Part shown: piece after piece, positions 1 through 10,140 of the stretch
Numbering within the stretch: position 1 is the first letter of the stretch
How the letters are laid out: each line of letters opens with the position of its first letter
Source of the DNA: a virus
Taxonomy: Duplodnaviria > Heunggongvirae > Uroviricota > Caudoviricetes
Virus record (IMG/VR): IMGVR_UViG_3300035670_000048
Location: 1 to 64,000 of that record
Length of the DNA: 64,000 bases
Direction: 5' to 3' (one strand)
Notes under the pieces: model-generated
What the model was told of the DNA's origin: nothing
Seen by the model: only the letters and a program-made list of their open reading frames with translations
Database searches by the model: none
Translations under genes and position numbers: made by a program

Positions 1-1274
1 CCTGTATTGGTAGGTGTATTTGTTGGAGTATTAGTAGGGGTGTTTGTAAATGTTCCTGTATTGGTAGGTGTATTTGTTGGAGTATTAGTTGGTGTAGCTG
101 TAGGAGTAGATGTTGGGGTTGATGTTGGAGTTGCTGGAGGTGAACATACAGTCCAAGTAGCTACAACACCTATAGAACTAATTGTAAATGTATTTCCTGA
201 ATAAGATATTGTACCATCTTTAAATACTAACCCCCCACCATCAACTAACGTAGTAAGAGCAGCACTTGTATAAAGAGCTTTTCCATTAGTAACTACTGCA
301 GTAAATAAACTTGTTTCTGTACCTGCTACATATACTTGTTTAGGAGTTCCGGATGCAGCACAAGCTGTATTATTATCTGCAAATCCTCCTCCTAAATTAG
401 ATCCTATAGTAAATACAGTAAATTGTGGTGTAGAAGTTGGGGTTGATGTTGGAGTATTTGTAAATGTTCCTGTATTTGTAGGAGTATTAGTTGGGGTATT
501 TGTTGGAGTTTGAGTTGGGGTATTAGTTGCTGTATTCGTAGGTGTGTTAGTTGGTGTTGCTGTTGGAGTAGATGTAGCCGTTTCGGTAGCTGTAGGAGTT
601 GCTGTAGGGGTTGCTGTTGGAGTATTAGTAGGAGTTGCTGTTGCAGTTTCTGTTGCTGTAGGAGTATTAGTTGGGGTATTTGTTGCTGTATTAGTTGGAG
701 TATTAGTAGGAGTTGCAGTTGGTGTATCGGTTGGAGTAGATGTTAATGTTTCTGTATTAGTTGGAGTATTAGTTGGAGTTTGAGTTGGGGTATTAGTAGG
801 AGTATTTGTAAATGTTCCTGTATTTGTAGGAGTATTAGTTGGGGTATTTGTTGGAGTTTGAGTTGGGGTATTAGTTGCTGTATTCGTAGGTGTGTTAGTT
901 GGTGTTGCTGTAAATGTACCTGTATTAGTAGGTGTATTTGTTGGAGTTTGAGTTGGGGTATTTGTTGGAGTATTAGTTTTAGTTGCTGTAGGGGTATTTG
1001 TTGGTGTATTAGTAGGTGTTGAAGTTGGAGTAGCGAATGGATCTATATTTTTAGTTACTATATTATTACATCCAGGTTTTAAGTTAAGTACACTAAGAGT
1101 AGTAGCAGTATCACTAGTTAAAATAGCAATACCACTTAATAGTTGATCTGCCGTAATATTTACAGCATTCCCACCACTTTCTAAAGTAGCGAGTATCATA
1201 GAGTCATAATATATATTAAAAGGACCCGATAAATTATTTTCTGTAAGGGTTATTATGAATCTTCTGTTTCCCAT
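1..1274 (-). CDS. Tail-fibre-like structural protein with Pro-Thr (TPTNTPT) tandem repeats. Partial: the N-terminal ~424 aa lie in the window and the C-terminus is beyond the window start.
   Basis: RC of 1272-1274 is ATG and overlaps the TAA of the upstream gene. I translated ~80 codons by eye ([92 protein letters not shown]...) with no stop. The + strand reads as GV repeats, consistent with PT repeats on the minus strand. It is absent from the ORF track because there is no stop in the window. Confidence 0.6.
   Translation of the reverse strand, partial: MGNRRFIITLTENNLSGPFNIYYDSMILATLESGGNAVNITADQLLSGIAILTSDTATTLSVLNLKPGCNNIVTKNIDPFATPTSTPTNTPTNTPTATKTNTPTNTPTQTPTNTPTNTGTFTATPTNTPTNTATNTPTQTPTNTPTNTPTNTGTFTNTPTNTPTQTPTNTPTNTETLTSTPTDTPTATPTNTPTNTATNTPTNTPTATETATATPTNTPTATPTATPTATETATSTPTATPTNTPTNTATNTPTQTPTNTPTNTPTNTGTFTNTPTSTPTSTPQFTVFTIGSNLGGGFADNNTACAASGTPKQVYVAGTETSLFTAVVTNGKALYTSAALTTLVDGGGLVFKDGTISYSGNTFTISSIGVVATWTVCSPPATPTSTPTSTPTATPTNTPTNTPTNTGTFTNTPTNTPTNTPTNT
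400..1020. repeat. Tandem and higher-order direct repeats encoding TPTxTPT units. Includes a perfect 113-nt direct repeat (451-563 = 799-911).
   Basis: ggagtatttgtaaatgttcctgtatttgtaggagtattagttggggtatttgttggagtttgagttggggtattagttgctgtattcgtaggtgtgttagttggtgttgctgt occurs twice. Shorter ttggagtttgagttggggtatt units occur at ~503, 768, 853 and 943. Related units lie at 1-110 and 1540-1740 (next gene). Confidence 0.8.
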
Positions 1275-2644
1275 TAGCAATTATAAACTGTATTAACGTT
1301 ACCTGATGAATCAAATGTAACTGAATATGTTAAACCGGTTGATATATCTTTAAGCCATGAGTAATTACCTGGGTCAGATGTATATGTTTTGGTTGTAAGT
1401 GCGGAATCATTATAAATAACTAATCCATTTGTAATAGACCAAGTTGAATTTATGTATTTAGTTAATCCAGATGAAACTGAACACGCATCTAAATTAGATG
1501 TGGATGTTGGATTTCCTAATTGGATAGTTCTAAATATTGGAGTAGCTGTTGGAGTAGCTGTTAAAGTATTAGTTGGAGTATTAGTTGGAGTATTAGTTGG
1601 GGTTTGTGTTGGGGTTGAAGTAGGAGTTGATGTTGCTGTAGGAGTAGCTGCATTTGTTGCTAATGGAGTACTAGTTGGAGTATTTGCTGGTGTTGAGGTT
1701 GGTGTACTAGTAGGAGTAGCGGTTGGGGTTTCTGTTACTGTATAATTAAATGATGGATTAGGTATTATATTTACTTTAATTTTACCATCATTACTTGTTA
1801 AAATACTGTCAGCACAATTACTTCCAGGTACTGAAGCATCAAATTTGTAATTGGTTAAATACGTACCTACTGCTGTTGTTATTATAGTTACTGTACCATC
1901 ATTATTATCTGTAAATAATTCATCATCATAATTAAATAATGTTAATGAAGTATAATCGATAGTATTTCCTCTAGCAGCCATCTGGTCTGTTAGATCAATC
2001 AATTTAGGAGTATCAGATCCCGTATCAAAGAATGTTACTTCCTTATATTGTGCTAATGGAGGGACAGGAAACATCAATTGATATTCCTGATTTGTAATTG
2101 TAGCTAATCCATGAGAATAGAATATATTACCAATATGAACATTAGAGTTCTTATAATCAATTAAGTTACCATTTCCATCATCCTTAACATAATATGCTGA
2201 TGATGATAATTCAAAGTGATAAGGTAATACTTGTTGTCCGTATATATCTTGGTTTATAGATAATACACGTATTCCTTCCATTGTACCGGTTGGAAAATTT
2301 TTAATTAATAAGGGATTATCATTATAATTAAAATATGAGCTAGTTGCTCTAGTTTGAGTCATTGCATCATAATATAATGATGACTCTAAAGAGGCAGTAC
2401 TTAAACTAGAAGTAAATGATTGATAAAATAAGTGATTAATTTGGGAATACACTAATCGTTCATACTGTCGTTCAGTAACCGAATCGTAATCAATATTAAA
2501 AGAACCAGTTACGTTGGTTCCTTTAAATATTACTATATTTTGATCGTTTTCCGGGTAAGGACAGTATTCGAAAACCCAATTTTTATTGGCTACATACGGA
2601 ACGGATATTACATCCGATCGTTTTAATCTTTTAAATGAAGCCAT
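1274..2644 (-). CDS. Tail-fibre / receptor-binding-like structural protein with a PT-rich linker ([14 protein letters not shown]...).
   Basis: 456 aa ORF. Ser/Thr/Asn-rich beta-type composition. PT linker at ~1540-1740. Start/stop coupled to neighbours. Confidence 0.55.
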   Translation of the reverse strand: MASFKRLKRSDVISVPYVANKNWVFEYCPYPENDQNIVIFKGTNVTGSFNIDYDSVTERQYERLVYSQINHLFYQSFTSSLSTASLESSLYYDAMTQTRATSSYFNYNDNPLLIKNFPTGTMEGIRVLSINQDIYGQQVLPYHFELSSSAYYVKDDGNGNLIDYKNSNVHIGNIFYSHGLATITNQEYQLMFPVPPLAQYKEVTFFDTGSDTPKLIDLTDQMAARGNTIDYTSLTLFNYDDELFTDNNDGTVTIITTAVGTYLTNYKFDASVPGSNCADSILTSNDGKIKVNIIPNPSFNYTVTETPTATPTSTPTSTPANTPTSTPLATNAATPTATSTPTSTPTQTPTNTPTNTPTNTLTATPTATPIFRTIQLGNPTSTSNLDACSVSSGLTKYINSTWSITNGLVIYNDSALTTKTYTSDPGNYSWLKDISTGLTYSVTFDSSGNVNTVYNC

Positions 2645-2655
2645 TTATAATGTTT

Positions 2656-3642
2656 TTAGTAGTCTAACTTAATTCTAATCAAAGATTCTTTAGTAAAGTC
2701 TTTAACTAATGGACGAGATAATTTAGCTACTGCTAATAACTCATTATTATCATTATACATACCCACAGTTGTGACATATGTTTGTGGGTTATCAATTAAT
2801 GTAGTGTATAATAAACTACCACTATCATTTATAATTGATGGATTTGTTGTATAATTGAATTCGTTGTTTTTAACTCTAGTAAAGAAATAACGTGATGACA
2901 CGGTTTCTTGTGATTGTAATGTAAATGATGAAGCACCTGATCCAGAAATAGCTTTGTATAATGTTTCAGCATTATCACCAGGTGAACCATTTGATTGGCT
3001 AACGTTTAATATGATACCACCATTTGCTGTTGGGGCGGATAATGCTCTTGGATTTAATAAAATAGTTCCTAAATCTGGGAATAATAAACCATAAGAACCA
3101 GAAACACCAGCTAATGAAGTAGCAGCTACACCTGCTGAACCTGAAATTAGGTTATAATATCGATTAGATCCAATAAAGTTAGTAACTGAACCACTCACTA
3201 TACTATCGTCTGTTAGCGATAATACTACAGATCCAGATAATTTTAATGTTAAAGAACCAGGTTTAATTGATTCTTTATAGCGTGAACGAGCAACATTAAC
3301 TGCTAAGAAGTCTTTAGATACAATACCACCAAAATTGAATGATGAGTTCTCATCATTGTAGATTAAGCTTCTATATTGTCCGTAGTTAATACGAGTAGGA
3401 GTAATATCAGCTACTGATGTATTAATATCAGTTGATCCACTTCCTTCTAAGTGACCGTATTGAATAGAAAACTGTAGAGATGATGTAGCTACTGTGTCAA
3501 ATACGTTTAAGTAATATGAACTAGTTACTACACTAGAAGTAAAGAATGTACTTAGAGTCGCATTATCAGCGGTCCACATTCCTCTTACTACTGTTTCTGA
3601 ACTGATTACTGAATCATCAGTATTATATCTAACAAATGACAT
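2656..3642 (-). CDS. Virion structural protein (tail-fibre-associated).
   Basis: 328 aa ORF in the structural operon. S/T/N/G-rich. Confidence 0.45.
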   Translation of the reverse strand: MSFVRYNTDDSVISSETVVRGMWTADNATLSTFFTSSVVTSSYYLNVFDTVATSSLQFSIQYGHLEGSGSTDINTSVADITPTRINYGQYRSLIYNDENSSFNFGGIVSKDFLAVNVARSRYKESIKPGSLTLKLSGSVVLSLTDDSIVSGSVTNFIGSNRYYNLISGSAGVAATSLAGVSGSYGLLFPDLGTILLNPRALSAPTANGGIILNVSQSNGSPGDNAETLYKAISGSGASSFTLQSQETVSSRYFFTRVKNNEFNYTTNPSIINDSGSLLYTTLIDNPQTYVTTVGMYNDNNELLAVAKLSRPLVKDFTKESLIRIKLDY

Positions 3643-3643
3643 A

Positions 3644-4309
3644 TTATATGTTGTTTACTTTAATTATGTTTACTGGGATTGTAATTCTAGATCCTGAATC
3701 TCTACCAATAACTGTTATTGTTGTTGATAATTGAGTATTTGATGTTCCGAATAGAGTATTAATTGTAGTAGCCGTTAAAGTAAATGATGTACCTAATACT
3801 GATTTACTTAATTTAGTACCTGTAGTTACATTTGCATCTGGAGTAGTTGTTCCTGCAGATGTAATACCTGTTCCTTCAAATACAGACATTAATCTAATAT
3901 CGGAAATAGTTGCTGTGTATCCATTAGCTTCAAATGTTGAAGTAGCTCCTAAATAATTTAATGTTTGAGGAGTAATAGTAATTGTAGCACCTTGTTTTAA
4001 TGATATAGTATTGTAACCTAAAGAAATAACAGGTAACTTAGAAGTACCACGAGGTAAAGTTACTAATTTATAACGCATAATTTGAGCCTCATCAGGGAAT
4101 GCTTCAAGCATAGGCATTGCTTCAATAGCTTCGCCATAGAAAGCGGATCCAGATGGGTGAGATGGATTATATAAAGTATAATCGATTTCATCATCAGCTA
4201 ATGCAAATTGAGTAATTTGAAACGAACCATCGTTTCTAGCTAATAATTCGCGTCCTTTTTTAGTTAATATAGCATCTACGGTTACTGTAGTGTTATTTAG
4301 AATTGCCAT
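3644..4309 (-). CDS. Virion structural protein.
   Basis: 221 aa ORF tightly packed with neighbours. T/S-rich C-terminal half. Confidence 0.45.
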   Translation of the reverse strand: MAILNNTTVTVDAILTKKGRELLARNDGSFQITQFALADDEIDYTLYNPSHPSGSAFYGEAIEAMPMLEAFPDEAQIMRYKLVTLPRGTSKLPVISLGYNTISLKQGATITITPQTLNYLGATSTFEANGYTATISDIRLMSVFEGTGITSAGTTTPDANVTTGTKLSKSVLGTSFTLTATTINTLFGTSNTQLSTTITVIGRDSGSRITIPVNIIKVNNI

Positions 4310-4327
4310 AATTTATTCTGTTATTTT

Positions 4328-4351
4328 GGTATAAATATATATATTTAAAGG
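4328..4351 (-). promoter_or_regulatory. A/T-only promoter-like box (second class) upstream of structural gene 3644..4309.
   Basis: + strand ggtataaatatatatatttaaagg. Gene-strand CCTTTAAATATATATATTTATACC. Confidence 0.35.
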
Positions 4352-4356
4352 TTTTA

Positions 4357-7300
4357 CTACGATATAATGTAAGGATCTAGTTTTTGTAAGATATTACCGA
4401 TATCGTCTTTAATTGAGCCAGATAAGTCAGTAGGTATAATATACATTTTATCAGTTTGAGTACCTGGATCTTTAGTGTTATTTATGTAGATAGATGTTTC
4501 GTCTGGTTTTTTTCTAAATATAGCAAAGTTTTGTGCATTATTATATAATGATGTATCAACTCCACTATCTAATACTACTTTATAATTTCCCGATATAATC
4601 GAACTAGTAGATACAGTATAATATTTACTTCCTGGATTGTTGAAAGCACCAATACGAATTAAATCTTGTGAATAGATTGATGTTAAATCTACTGGTGTAG
4701 TATAATCTGATCCATATACTGAAGATGATATAAATGTGCTTTTAAATAGAAATTGGTTAAATGAAGCACTATCAAATATTAAAGTATCATTTGATACGTT
4801 TGTTGTTGATAAAGTAAATAATGATGAACTTTGACCAATAGAACCAGTAGTAATATACTTAGTTAATGGAGTTAAACTATCATATATTTCAAATGATGCA
4901 TTCGGATCAATTGTAAATACTAAGTAATTAGCAGCTAATGCTCCTGCTTGTTGAATATGAAACGCACTCATATCTACCCAATATAACCTAAATCTTACAT
5001 ATGTGCCTTCAGTTAATGAAGATGCTATTGTTGATACTTTTAAATCAAATTTAGATAATGAATTCATATCAGTATCAAACCAAATAGTACTTTCAGTTTG
5101 ATTATATCTAATAGTAGCTCCATTAGCGGTAAATGGATTACCAACAGGAGTTAAAGTAGTATGAGCAACATGAGTCCATGAAGCGGGATTTGTTGGATCC
5201 GTTGAAGATTCAACAACTCCAGAAATTCTAAATACACTAGGTCCTGTATCTGCATCATGGCCAACAATACCAAATCGTATACTACCACTTATTACATAAT
5301 CTGAAGTACGTGGTACTTTATACATGTAAACATCATTAATAGGAGAAAAAGTATCAGATGATATTTCATTATTATATGAACCAGAACTTCCGGTGGATGA
5401 AAATGTTAATAAATCAAATCCGTATACTTTACGATATTCATCTCCTGTTCTATCATTAAAAGTAGTACTAACAGTCCCTAAATTACTTTCCATATTCATA
5501 GATGTAGTATCAACTGCTAATCCAGAAACAGCATTATGTAACCAATCTGTTGCTGTTACTGCTGTGGTAGCCATTGCAACTCCAGATTGTAAAGTTCCGT
5601 TTTTATACCAAACATAAGGAGCAGATGTTGCATCTGGTACTGATGTAGGTGGTATAGCATCTGCGTTTTCAGTTATATATTCATATCTAAAAGATGATGG
5701 AGTAGTTGCTTTAACACCTAAATTTACTTGATAAGTGCCAATAGATGATGTGTATTCAAAATATAAAGTTTCATTTAATTCACGATATAATACAGGATTA
5801 TATGAGTATCCACTTTGCCATATAGTTTTTTCACCACTAAATGAATTTTTATCTTTTGATGGATCACTTAGTGATATAATCAAATTATCACCAGCCTTAA
5901 ATGTATTCTGTACTTCGAACCACTTTTTATTTTCTAAGTTTAATTCATTTAAATCGCTATCTTTAGTAACTAAATACTTTAATCTAATATTCGACTTATC
6001 ACGGAAGTTAATATTTTTAGCACTTACTGATCTAACAGTACCAAACTTAACATTATTACGATCGATAACTGCTGATTTACCAAATGATGTATCACCAGTA
6101 TAAGTTAATGATGATGTAGTATATGTGTTATATTTTAAACTAGATAATCTAGTACCATCATATCGTGAACGTTTATATCCTAATAATGATTCATTACTAT
6201 CTTGTAATTCAACTGATGATGTTAATGTACCAACGATTTGCAATAATGAATTATATAAATCTTCTAATTTAGTTCTACTAGTAGATATTCTATTTTCCGA
6301 TACGTTATTTAAAGTAACATTAAACTCACTATGATTAAATTGATTTATATCAACTGAATGGGATGGAATTAAATATAGATTCGGATTTGATTGTTCAAAT
6401 ACCTCATTGATATTTGCATATGATCCCGAATATTCACCGGTATAGAATGCAGCTTTATTACCCGCTATTTTATCGTAATGATAATCTGCATCTTCTGAAA
6501 TAATAGGAGCATTATATTCAGCATCATAAACTGTTTCTTCAGTTGCTTTAGGTTGATATGATTTTATTTTATTACGTTCAAGTACAGGTGATTTTATAGT
6601 TACACCAGTTAAAGCATTTGTTCTAGCAGGAACAAAATCCTTTAGCATCTTGAATAAGCTATTATCGAAATATTTAACTAATTCGAAAAATCCTTTATAG
6701 TCTAATCGATCAGTTATACTTCCAGATACAATAAAATATTCTTGTTTTTGTAAATTTAATGCATCGTATGAGCTAGATTCCATTAATCTAGGATCACCAA
6801 TATAATCATCTATTGAAAACGTTGGTTTAGAAGTAGCAATTGATGCAGATACTCTAGAGTCCAACGCAGTTTGAGGGCTGAATGATAAATCAATAAAGTG
6901 TAAGTCCGTTGATGTAAAATCAGATGATCCGGTAAATGGTTGTTGAACTGAAATGAATGGAGATAATACACTACCTGTTACAGTATTATTTTGTATTGTT
7001 ATCTTATCATTATCGTATCCTTTCAAACCACCAGTTCTAGTAGAACCACCTAATTCCTTAGGAGCAAATATACTACTAGTAACACCAAATGTTGTTATTA
7101 AGTTCTGTAAACCAGCTGCTGTGCCTTTAGTTTTAGTTAGTAAAGGTATATTATGATATATTCTTTTATATAATTCAGCTAGTTGGTCTTTTTTAGGTAC
7201 GTTATTTAAGTAACTACTAGTTATAGAGAAATCATCAATAAATAATGTACTACCACTATTTAAACCACCAATATAATTATCAAATTCATTATCGCCTTTA

Positions 7301-8727
7301 CTGTTATATAGTTTAACACCTAATGAACGTAAAGCATCGTATACTATATCTTTAGATACACCTTTTTCTAAGTTATTATCTGCGTTATATAATTCATTGA
7401 TTGAATCAATATAAATCCATATATTATCAAAATAATGACCAATCATATCTATAAAATCATAGTATGGTTGATAATTTATTGGATCGTTTTTAATATAATT
7501 TGGTATTACATTATATAAACGGTCTAAATTTTCTTCATCATAATTAGCAGCAGAACTAGTATATGAAACATACCATGTATTAGCTGATGATGTGGATGAT
7601 AAAGTATATGGTTTTATAATCGATGTTTTAGGCCAAGCGTATGAGCTTGATTCAAAATACATATATGATTCAAACCCATCAAACTTAGTTACTATATCGT
7701 CTATCTTTAAACGAATAGATGCTGTTTCCTCATTCTTTAATATAGATGTAGAAGCATTAATAATTGAAATACTTGTATTATAATCTTCAATCTGTTTTAT
7801 TTTATCATAAAATACTTCTAAACGTTTTTTAGCTGAGCTAAAATGGATGAAATTTTCAAACGAAGTATAATCAATATTTAAATCATATGAACTATCATTC
7901 ATATAGTTTAAAACTCTATGATATGATGATCCAGTCAGTGATGATACTAATGATGAATAATTTTCGTATTTTGTTCCTACATTTTGTTTGATATCAATAT
8001 CGATATCAAAGTTAGGTCCTTTTAACTGTGGAGGTAAAGCAGGTATTACTGAAGTATCTAAATTAATATCAAACACATACGGTTCAATAATTTCTTCAGT
8101 TATCCATCCGCTTTCCTTTACTTGTATAGTTTCGGATAAAGGAGTATATAATTTTAATAATAATGTTGGTGTTTGTGATTCATTATCGACAGCAGCATTA
8201 ATTATTAAGAATTGTTGATTTTGTGGTAAGTTAAATAAATAATATTTTGCATCAGTTGATACTTCAATATCTTGAATTAACTTTTCAGATAACGTCTGTA
8301 AATCTTCAGACGTTAATGATGTTGAATTTAATCTAATCTCTGTTCTATCTGCCGATATTTCAGAAATAAATAATTCAACTGAATCAGCATTAGAGATATA
8401 ACGTTTCTGAAAATGGTATTGAGTAGAAAACTCACCAGAAACGTAACCTAAATTTTGTAAATCCTGTACAGGGTCTATTTCAATTATAGGTAATGTATTT
8501 TCTACACTTAATCCTGAATTAGAGGGTAATTTAAAACTTTTATAATTGTAATTTGATACTAATAAGTTATTAGAAGTATCATAAACGAATAGTTCAATAT
8601 AATCATTTTCAAAACCAAAGTATTGGTTTTTTATCTCAGGAGATAATAAATTTAAATCCTCATTATCAATTCTAGATACTCGACTAGTATTGTTAATGTT
8701 TCCAATTATTTTGATATTATTCGCCAT
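4357..8727 (-). CDS. Large virion structural protein (baseplate wedge / tail-fibre, 1456 aa).
   Basis: Longest ORF in the window. Position directly downstream of the gp25/gp6-like baseplate genes. ATGA-type coupling at 8727. Confidence 0.55.
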   Translation of the reverse strand: MANNIKIIGNINNTSRVSRIDNEDLNLLSPEIKNQYFGFENDYIELFVYDTSNNLLVSNYNYKSFKLPSNSGLSVENTLPIIEIDPVQDLQNLGYVSGEFSTQYHFQKRYISNADSVELFISEISADRTEIRLNSTSLTSEDLQTLSEKLIQDIEVSTDAKYYLFNLPQNQQFLIINAAVDNESQTPTLLLKLYTPLSETIQVKESGWITEEIIEPYVFDINLDTSVIPALPPQLKGPNFDIDIDIKQNVGTKYENYSSLVSSLTGSSYHRVLNYMNDSSYDLNIDYTSFENFIHFSSAKKRLEVFYDKIKQIEDYNTSISIINASTSILKNEETASIRLKIDDIVTKFDGFESYMYFESSSYAWPKTSIIKPYTLSSTSSANTWYVSYTSSAANYDEENLDRLYNVIPNYIKNDPINYQPYYDFIDMIGHYFDNIWIYIDSINELYNADNNLEKGVSKDIVYDALRSLGVKLYNSKGDNEFDNYIGGLNSGSTLFIDDFSITSSYLNNVPKKDQLAELYKRIYHNIPLLTKTKGTAAGLQNLITTFGVTSSIFAPKELGGSTRTGGLKGYDNDKITIQNNTVTGSVLSPFISVQQPFTGSSDFTSTDLHFIDLSFSPQTALDSRVSASIATSKPTFSIDDYIGDPRLMESSSYDALNLQKQEYFIVSGSITDRLDYKGFFELVKYFDNSLFKMLKDFVPARTNALTGVTIKSPVLERNKIKSYQPKATEETVYDAEYNAPIISEDADYHYDKIAGNKAAFYTGEYSGSYANINEVFEQSNPNLYLIPSHSVDINQFNHSEFNVTLNNVSENRISTSRTKLEDLYNSLLQIVGTLTSSVELQDSNESLLGYKRSRYDGTRLSSLKYNTYTTSSLTYTGDTSFGKSAVIDRNNVKFGTVRSVSAKNINFRDKSNIRLKYLVTKDSDLNELNLENKKWFEVQNTFKAGDNLIISLSDPSKDKNSFSGEKTIWQSGYSYNPVLYRELNETLYFEYTSSIGTYQVNLGVKATTPSSFRYEYITENADAIPPTSVPDATSAPYVWYKNGTLQSGVAMATTAVTATDWLHNAVSGLAVDTTSMNMESNLGTVSTTFNDRTGDEYRKVYGFDLLTFSSTGSSGSYNNEISSDTFSPINDVYMYKVPRTSDYVISGSIRFGIVGHDADTGPSVFRISGVVESSTDPTNPASWTHVAHTTLTPVGNPFTANGATIRYNQTESTIWFDTDMNSLSKFDLKVSTIASSLTEGTYVRFRLYWVDMSAFHIQQAGALAANYLVFTIDPNASFEIYDSLTPLTKYITTGSIGQSSSLFTLSTTNVSNDTLIFDSASFNQFLFKSTFISSSVYGSDYTTPVDLTSIYSQDLIRIGAFNNPGSKYYTVSTSSIISGNYKVVLDSGVDTSLYNNAQNFAIFRKKPDETSIYINNTKDPGTQTDKMYIIPTDLSGSIKDDIGNILQKLDPYIIS

Positions 8728-9065
8728 TATTTCTTAACTGAATCTAATAATGTTTTATTTACGTTTAGCAATTCATTTCTCAATGTAGTAATTTCATCTA
8801 ATAAAGCTTGAACATCTGTTCCATCATTAAGACTAACTCCTAAGTATTCTGATGTTTGGTTTAAGATAAATCGATGAGATTGTATTTCACCTTCTTTAGG
8901 TATTTGATAAAATAAGTCATCATATAGTTGAAAAAAATCATCAATAGTAAAAACCTCATCAACTGTTGCTTTATTATTTAACAACTGTTTAAATCGGTTA
9001 TCAACTACTTTTTCAAAATTCTTTCTACTAAATGTGGTTTTACCTAAATCGATAAGTTCACTCAT
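8727..9065 (-). CDS. Hypothetical structural-module protein.
   Basis: 112 aa ORF coupled at both ends (9065 and 8727). Confidence 0.5.
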   Translation of the reverse strand: MSELIDLGKTTFSRKNFEKVVDNRFKQLLNNKATVDEVFTIDDFFQLYDDLFYQIPKEGEIQSHRFILNQTSEYLGVSLNDGTDVQALLDEITTLRNELLNVNKTLLDSVKK

Positions 9066-10138
9066 TATCTTACTACTTTAAAATAATTATTGTCTTCAAA
9101 TACTACTGTACTTCCGTTTATTACTGATTTAATCAATATTTGGTAATATCTTTCAGGTTGTAATCCATTCATATATAAATCAAAATAATTACCTGTTGAA
9201 TCAGCAGATAACTTAGTGTAAGTAGTATCAAAATCTATTACGAACTCTTCAGTTTTAATATCCTTTACAGCATAATATGAAGATGTAGGTAATACTTTAT
9301 TATTTAAATATAATGAAGACGTCTGGAATGTCCTAGTTGGGTAGCGATCCCTCACGTTTATTTTAAAACGATTAATTGAATCTTCTTGGAATTCACCTTT
9401 ATTATTAGATAATGATATAGATACTAAGTCTGTAGTAACAGCTGATAATGAACCTGTTGAATAAATGAAATCATTCCATCTGAATTCTAAACATGGAGTG
9501 TAGATAGTATGAGTATCTATTGAAAAATATTTAGTTTCAAATATTGATGATGTATTAAACTCTAAGTTAGATGCATGTTTGATTAAAAATCCATCAGTAT
9601 AATAACTAGAACTAATAGCATTAGTTACTTTTAATTCAATATCTTTAGCTGCTTGATAATCAAATGATTGAGTAGCAACTAAATTACTACCAGTCCAATA
9701 AGTACCACCACCTACAGTAGATGAATATGATGAAGTAACACCAGTCGAAGTACCATAAAATATACTTCCACCTTCTAAGTCTCTATACTTCCAGCTAACT
9801 CCATTAGACGATGAAGGAACGTTTGCTGCTCTACCACTACCTATACTCCAAGAACCAGAGATAGGGTGGCAATAAATTGTATAATCTAATGGTATTTCAG
9901 TAGCGTTTGCTAAATATAATTTCAAATATGCATCATATGTAGCACCATTTACTTTTGATGTTAATACATCAGAAATTTCAGTAGGTGAGAATGCAATAGC
10001 AATACGAGATACTTCCCCAGCATCTGCTTGTGATTTATATATACTAAGATCTAATATTTCATCTATACCAGTATTTTTACCAGGATAATATGAATATAGA
10101 GAAGCGTCTTTAGTAGGAAATATTTTATATACAGCCAT
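9065..10138 (-). CDS. Baseplate-associated protein.
   Basis: 357 aa ORF immediately downstream of the gp6/J-like gene. Confidence 0.45.
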   Translation of the reverse strand: MAVYKIFPTKDASLYSYYPGKNTGIDEILDLSIYKSQADAGEVSRIAIAFSPTEISDVLTSKVNGATYDAYLKLYLANATEIPLDYTIYCHPISGSWSIGSGRAANVPSSSNGVSWKYRDLEGGSIFYGTSTGVTSSYSSTVGGGTYWTGSNLVATQSFDYQAAKDIELKVTNAISSSYYTDGFLIKHASNLEFNTSSIFETKYFSIDTHTIYTPCLEFRWNDFIYSTGSLSAVTTDLVSISLSNNKGEFQEDSINRFKINVRDRYPTRTFQTSSLYLNNKVLPTSSYYAVKDIKTEEFVIDFDTTYTKLSADSTGNYFDLYMNGLQPERYYQILIKSVINGSTVVFEDNNYFKVVR

Positions 10139-10140
10139 TT

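Noticed and set aside
400-1020. Short tandem repeats that could be mistaken for a CRISPR array.
   Set aside because: The repeats are 12-25 nt, directly abutting (no unique spacers), in-frame and coding (TPTNTPT). There are no cas genes and no leader.
7-1022. Plus-strand ORFs translating as VGV repeats (7..204, 510..746, 544..783, 780..1022, 1452..1745).
   Set aside because: They are the antisense reading of the minus-strand Pro-Thr repeat tail-fibre genes. Repeat periodicity keeps every frame open, so they are artefacts.
5393-8218. Several 60-120 aa plus-strand ORFs inside the 1456-aa structural gene (for example 5735..6103).
   Set aside because: They are embedded antisense to a long, clearly coding minus-strand ORF and have no promoter motifs.
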